A stretch of DNA of 47,890 nt from IMG/VR virus record IMGVR_UViG_2671180896_000002. One strand, written 5' to 3'. A program made the position numbers and the translations under genes. Below, in pieces: positions 46,655 to 47,890 of this stretch (positions within the stretch are counted from its first letter, which is position 1; every line of letters starts with the position of its first letter). The DNA comes from a virus. Taxonomy: Duplodnaviria > Heunggongvirae > Uroviricota > Caudoviricetes. A model generated the notes under the pieces. That model did no database searches. It was not told the DNA's origin and worked only from the letters and a program-made list of their open reading frames with translations.

Positions 46655-47890
46655 ATGTCTAAATTACCAACAGGTGTCGAGATTAGAGGTAGATACATTC
46701 GCATCTGGTTCATGTTTCGAGGAAAACGATGTCGGGAAACATTAAAAGGCTGGGAGATTACAAACAGTAATATTAAAAAGGCCGGAAATTTAAGAGCGCT
46801 GATAGTTCATGAAATAAACTCCGGTGAATTTGAGTATTTAAGACGTTTTCCCCAGTCCAGCACTGGGGCAAAAATGGTGACAACGAGAGTCATAAAAACG
46901 TTCGGAGAGCTTTGTGATATCTGGACAAAAATTAAAGAGACAGAGTTAACAACAAACACAATGAAGAAAACGAAATCACAATTAAAAACACTCAGAATAA
47001 TAATTTGTGAAAGTACCCCGATATCACATATTCGTTATAGCGATATCTTAAACTACCGGAATGAACTGCTGCATGGAGAAACGCTTTACCTGGATAATCC
47101 AAGATCCAACAAAAAAGGAAGAACCGTGCGCACAGTTGATAACTATATCGCCCTGCTCTGTTCGCTGTTGCGTTTTGCGTATCAGTCGGGATTTATATCA
47201 ACCAAACCATTTGAAGGAGTAAAAAAATTACAGCGAAACAGAATAAAGCCTGATCCGTTATCTAAAACAGAATTCAATGCATTAATGGAAAGTGAAAAAG
47301 GACAGAGCCAGAACTTGTGGAAATTTGCCATTTACTCAGGACTTCGTCACGGGGAACTGGCAGCTCTGGCGTGGGAGGATGTGGATCTCGAAAAGGGAAT
47401 AGTGAATGTCAGAAGAAACCTGACGATACTTGATATGTTCGGTCCCCCAAAAACAAATGCCGGGATCCGAACAGTAACACTACTGCAGCCTGCTCTTGAA
47501 GCACTGAAGGAGCAATACAAACTGACCGGGCATCATCGCAAAAGCGAAATCACCTTTTATCATCGGGAGTACGGCAGAACCGAAAAGCAAAAACTGCATT
47601 TTGTTTTCATGCCCAGGGTGTGTAACGGAAAACAAAAACCTTATTACTCGGTAAGCAGTTTGGGGGCAAGGTGGAATGCAGCAGTAAAACGTGCTGGTAT
47701 TCGCCGCCGTAATCCGTACCATACGCGGCATACTTTTGCCTGCTGGCTGTTGACGGCAGGAGCGAACCCGGCATTTATAGCCAGCCAAATGGGGCATGAA
47801 ACTGCGCAGATGGTGTATGAAATTTACGGTATGTGGATTGATGACATGAACGACGAACAGATAGCCATGTTGAATGCGCGGTTATCGTAG
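46655..47890 (+). CDS. intR: Tyrosine-type site-specific integrase (IntR)
   Basis: 411-aa ORF with C-terminal catalytic region (...HTRHTFACWLLTAGANPAFIASQMGHETAQMVYEIYGMW...); stop codon is the last triplet of the window. Confidence 0.9.
   Translation: MSKLPTGVEIRGRYIRIWFMFRGKRCRETLKGWEITNSNIKKAGNLRALIVHEINSGEFEYLRRFPQSSTGAKMVTTRVIKTFGELCDIWTKIKETELTTNTMKKTKSQLKTLRIIICESTPISHIRYSDILNYRNELLHGETLYLDNPRSNKKGRTVRTVDNYIALLCSLLRFAYQSGFISTKPFEGVKKLQRNRIKPDPLSKTEFNALMESEKGQSQNLWKFAIYSGLRHGELAALAWEDVDLEKGIVNVRRNLTILDMFGPPKTNAGIRTVTLLQPALEALKEQYKLTGHHRKSEITFYHREYGRTEKQKLHFVFMPRVCNGKQKPYYSVSSLGARWNAAVKRAGIRRRNPYHTRHTFACWLLTAGANPAFIASQMGHETAQMVYEIYGMWIDDMNDEQIAMLNARLS

Noticed and set aside
1-47890. CRISPR arrays, tRNA or rRNA genes
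   Set aside because: No regularly spaced direct repeats with unique spacers and no tRNA/rRNA-like sequence were recognised by eye; a tRNAscan/Infernal run would be needed to exclude small RNAs.
47800-47890. Prophage attachment site near the integrase gene
   Set aside because: The window ends exactly at the integrase stop codon, so the att core and flanking host sequence are outside the window and cannot be assessed.

Overview
The window is almost entirely one lambdoid prophage of the Rac family (E. coli-like host), read here in inverted orientation, and apparently intact where the K-12 Rac element is a deletion remnant. Minus strand, left to right: the 5' part of the side tail fiber gene (3' end beyond the window start), lom, tail genes J-I-K-L-M-H, the G/G-T chaperone with a -1 frameshift site, major tail and head-tail joining genes, an SPP1-like head/packaging module (capsid, scaffold, Mu-F-like minor head protein, portal, TerL, TerS), a ParB-like nuclease with an unknown partner, the low-GC cargo gene trkG, a phage-21-type lysis cassette (pinholin, SAR endolysin, Rz/Rz1), two lipoprotein morons with TolA-domain-III-like C-termini, and a Q-like/nin-like block. 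An AT-rich accessory island (about 30.7-36.1 kb) follows, holding a small hydrophobic ORF, an IS186 copy with a target duplication, a hok-type toxin gene, a plus-strand two-gene operon (NdpA/NA37-like protein plus a membrane protein) and a second Q-like gene. Then come replication genes (ydaU/ydaV-like) with three 19-bp palindromes, the immunity region (ydaT, ydaS, racR with divergent promoters), and the plus-strand early operon ydaG-ydaF-kilR-ydaE-racC-recE-recT-ralR-ydaC-xis-int. The window ends at the integrase stop codon, so no att site is visible. No rRNA, tRNA or CRISPR array was recognised. The strongest candidate for an undescribed system is the NdpA-like plus membrane-protein operon at 32971-35434; the TolA-mimic lipoprotein pair at 27226-28200 is the second. 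All calls rest on reading the supplied ORF translations and the DNA by eye and from memory of protein families; no database search was run.
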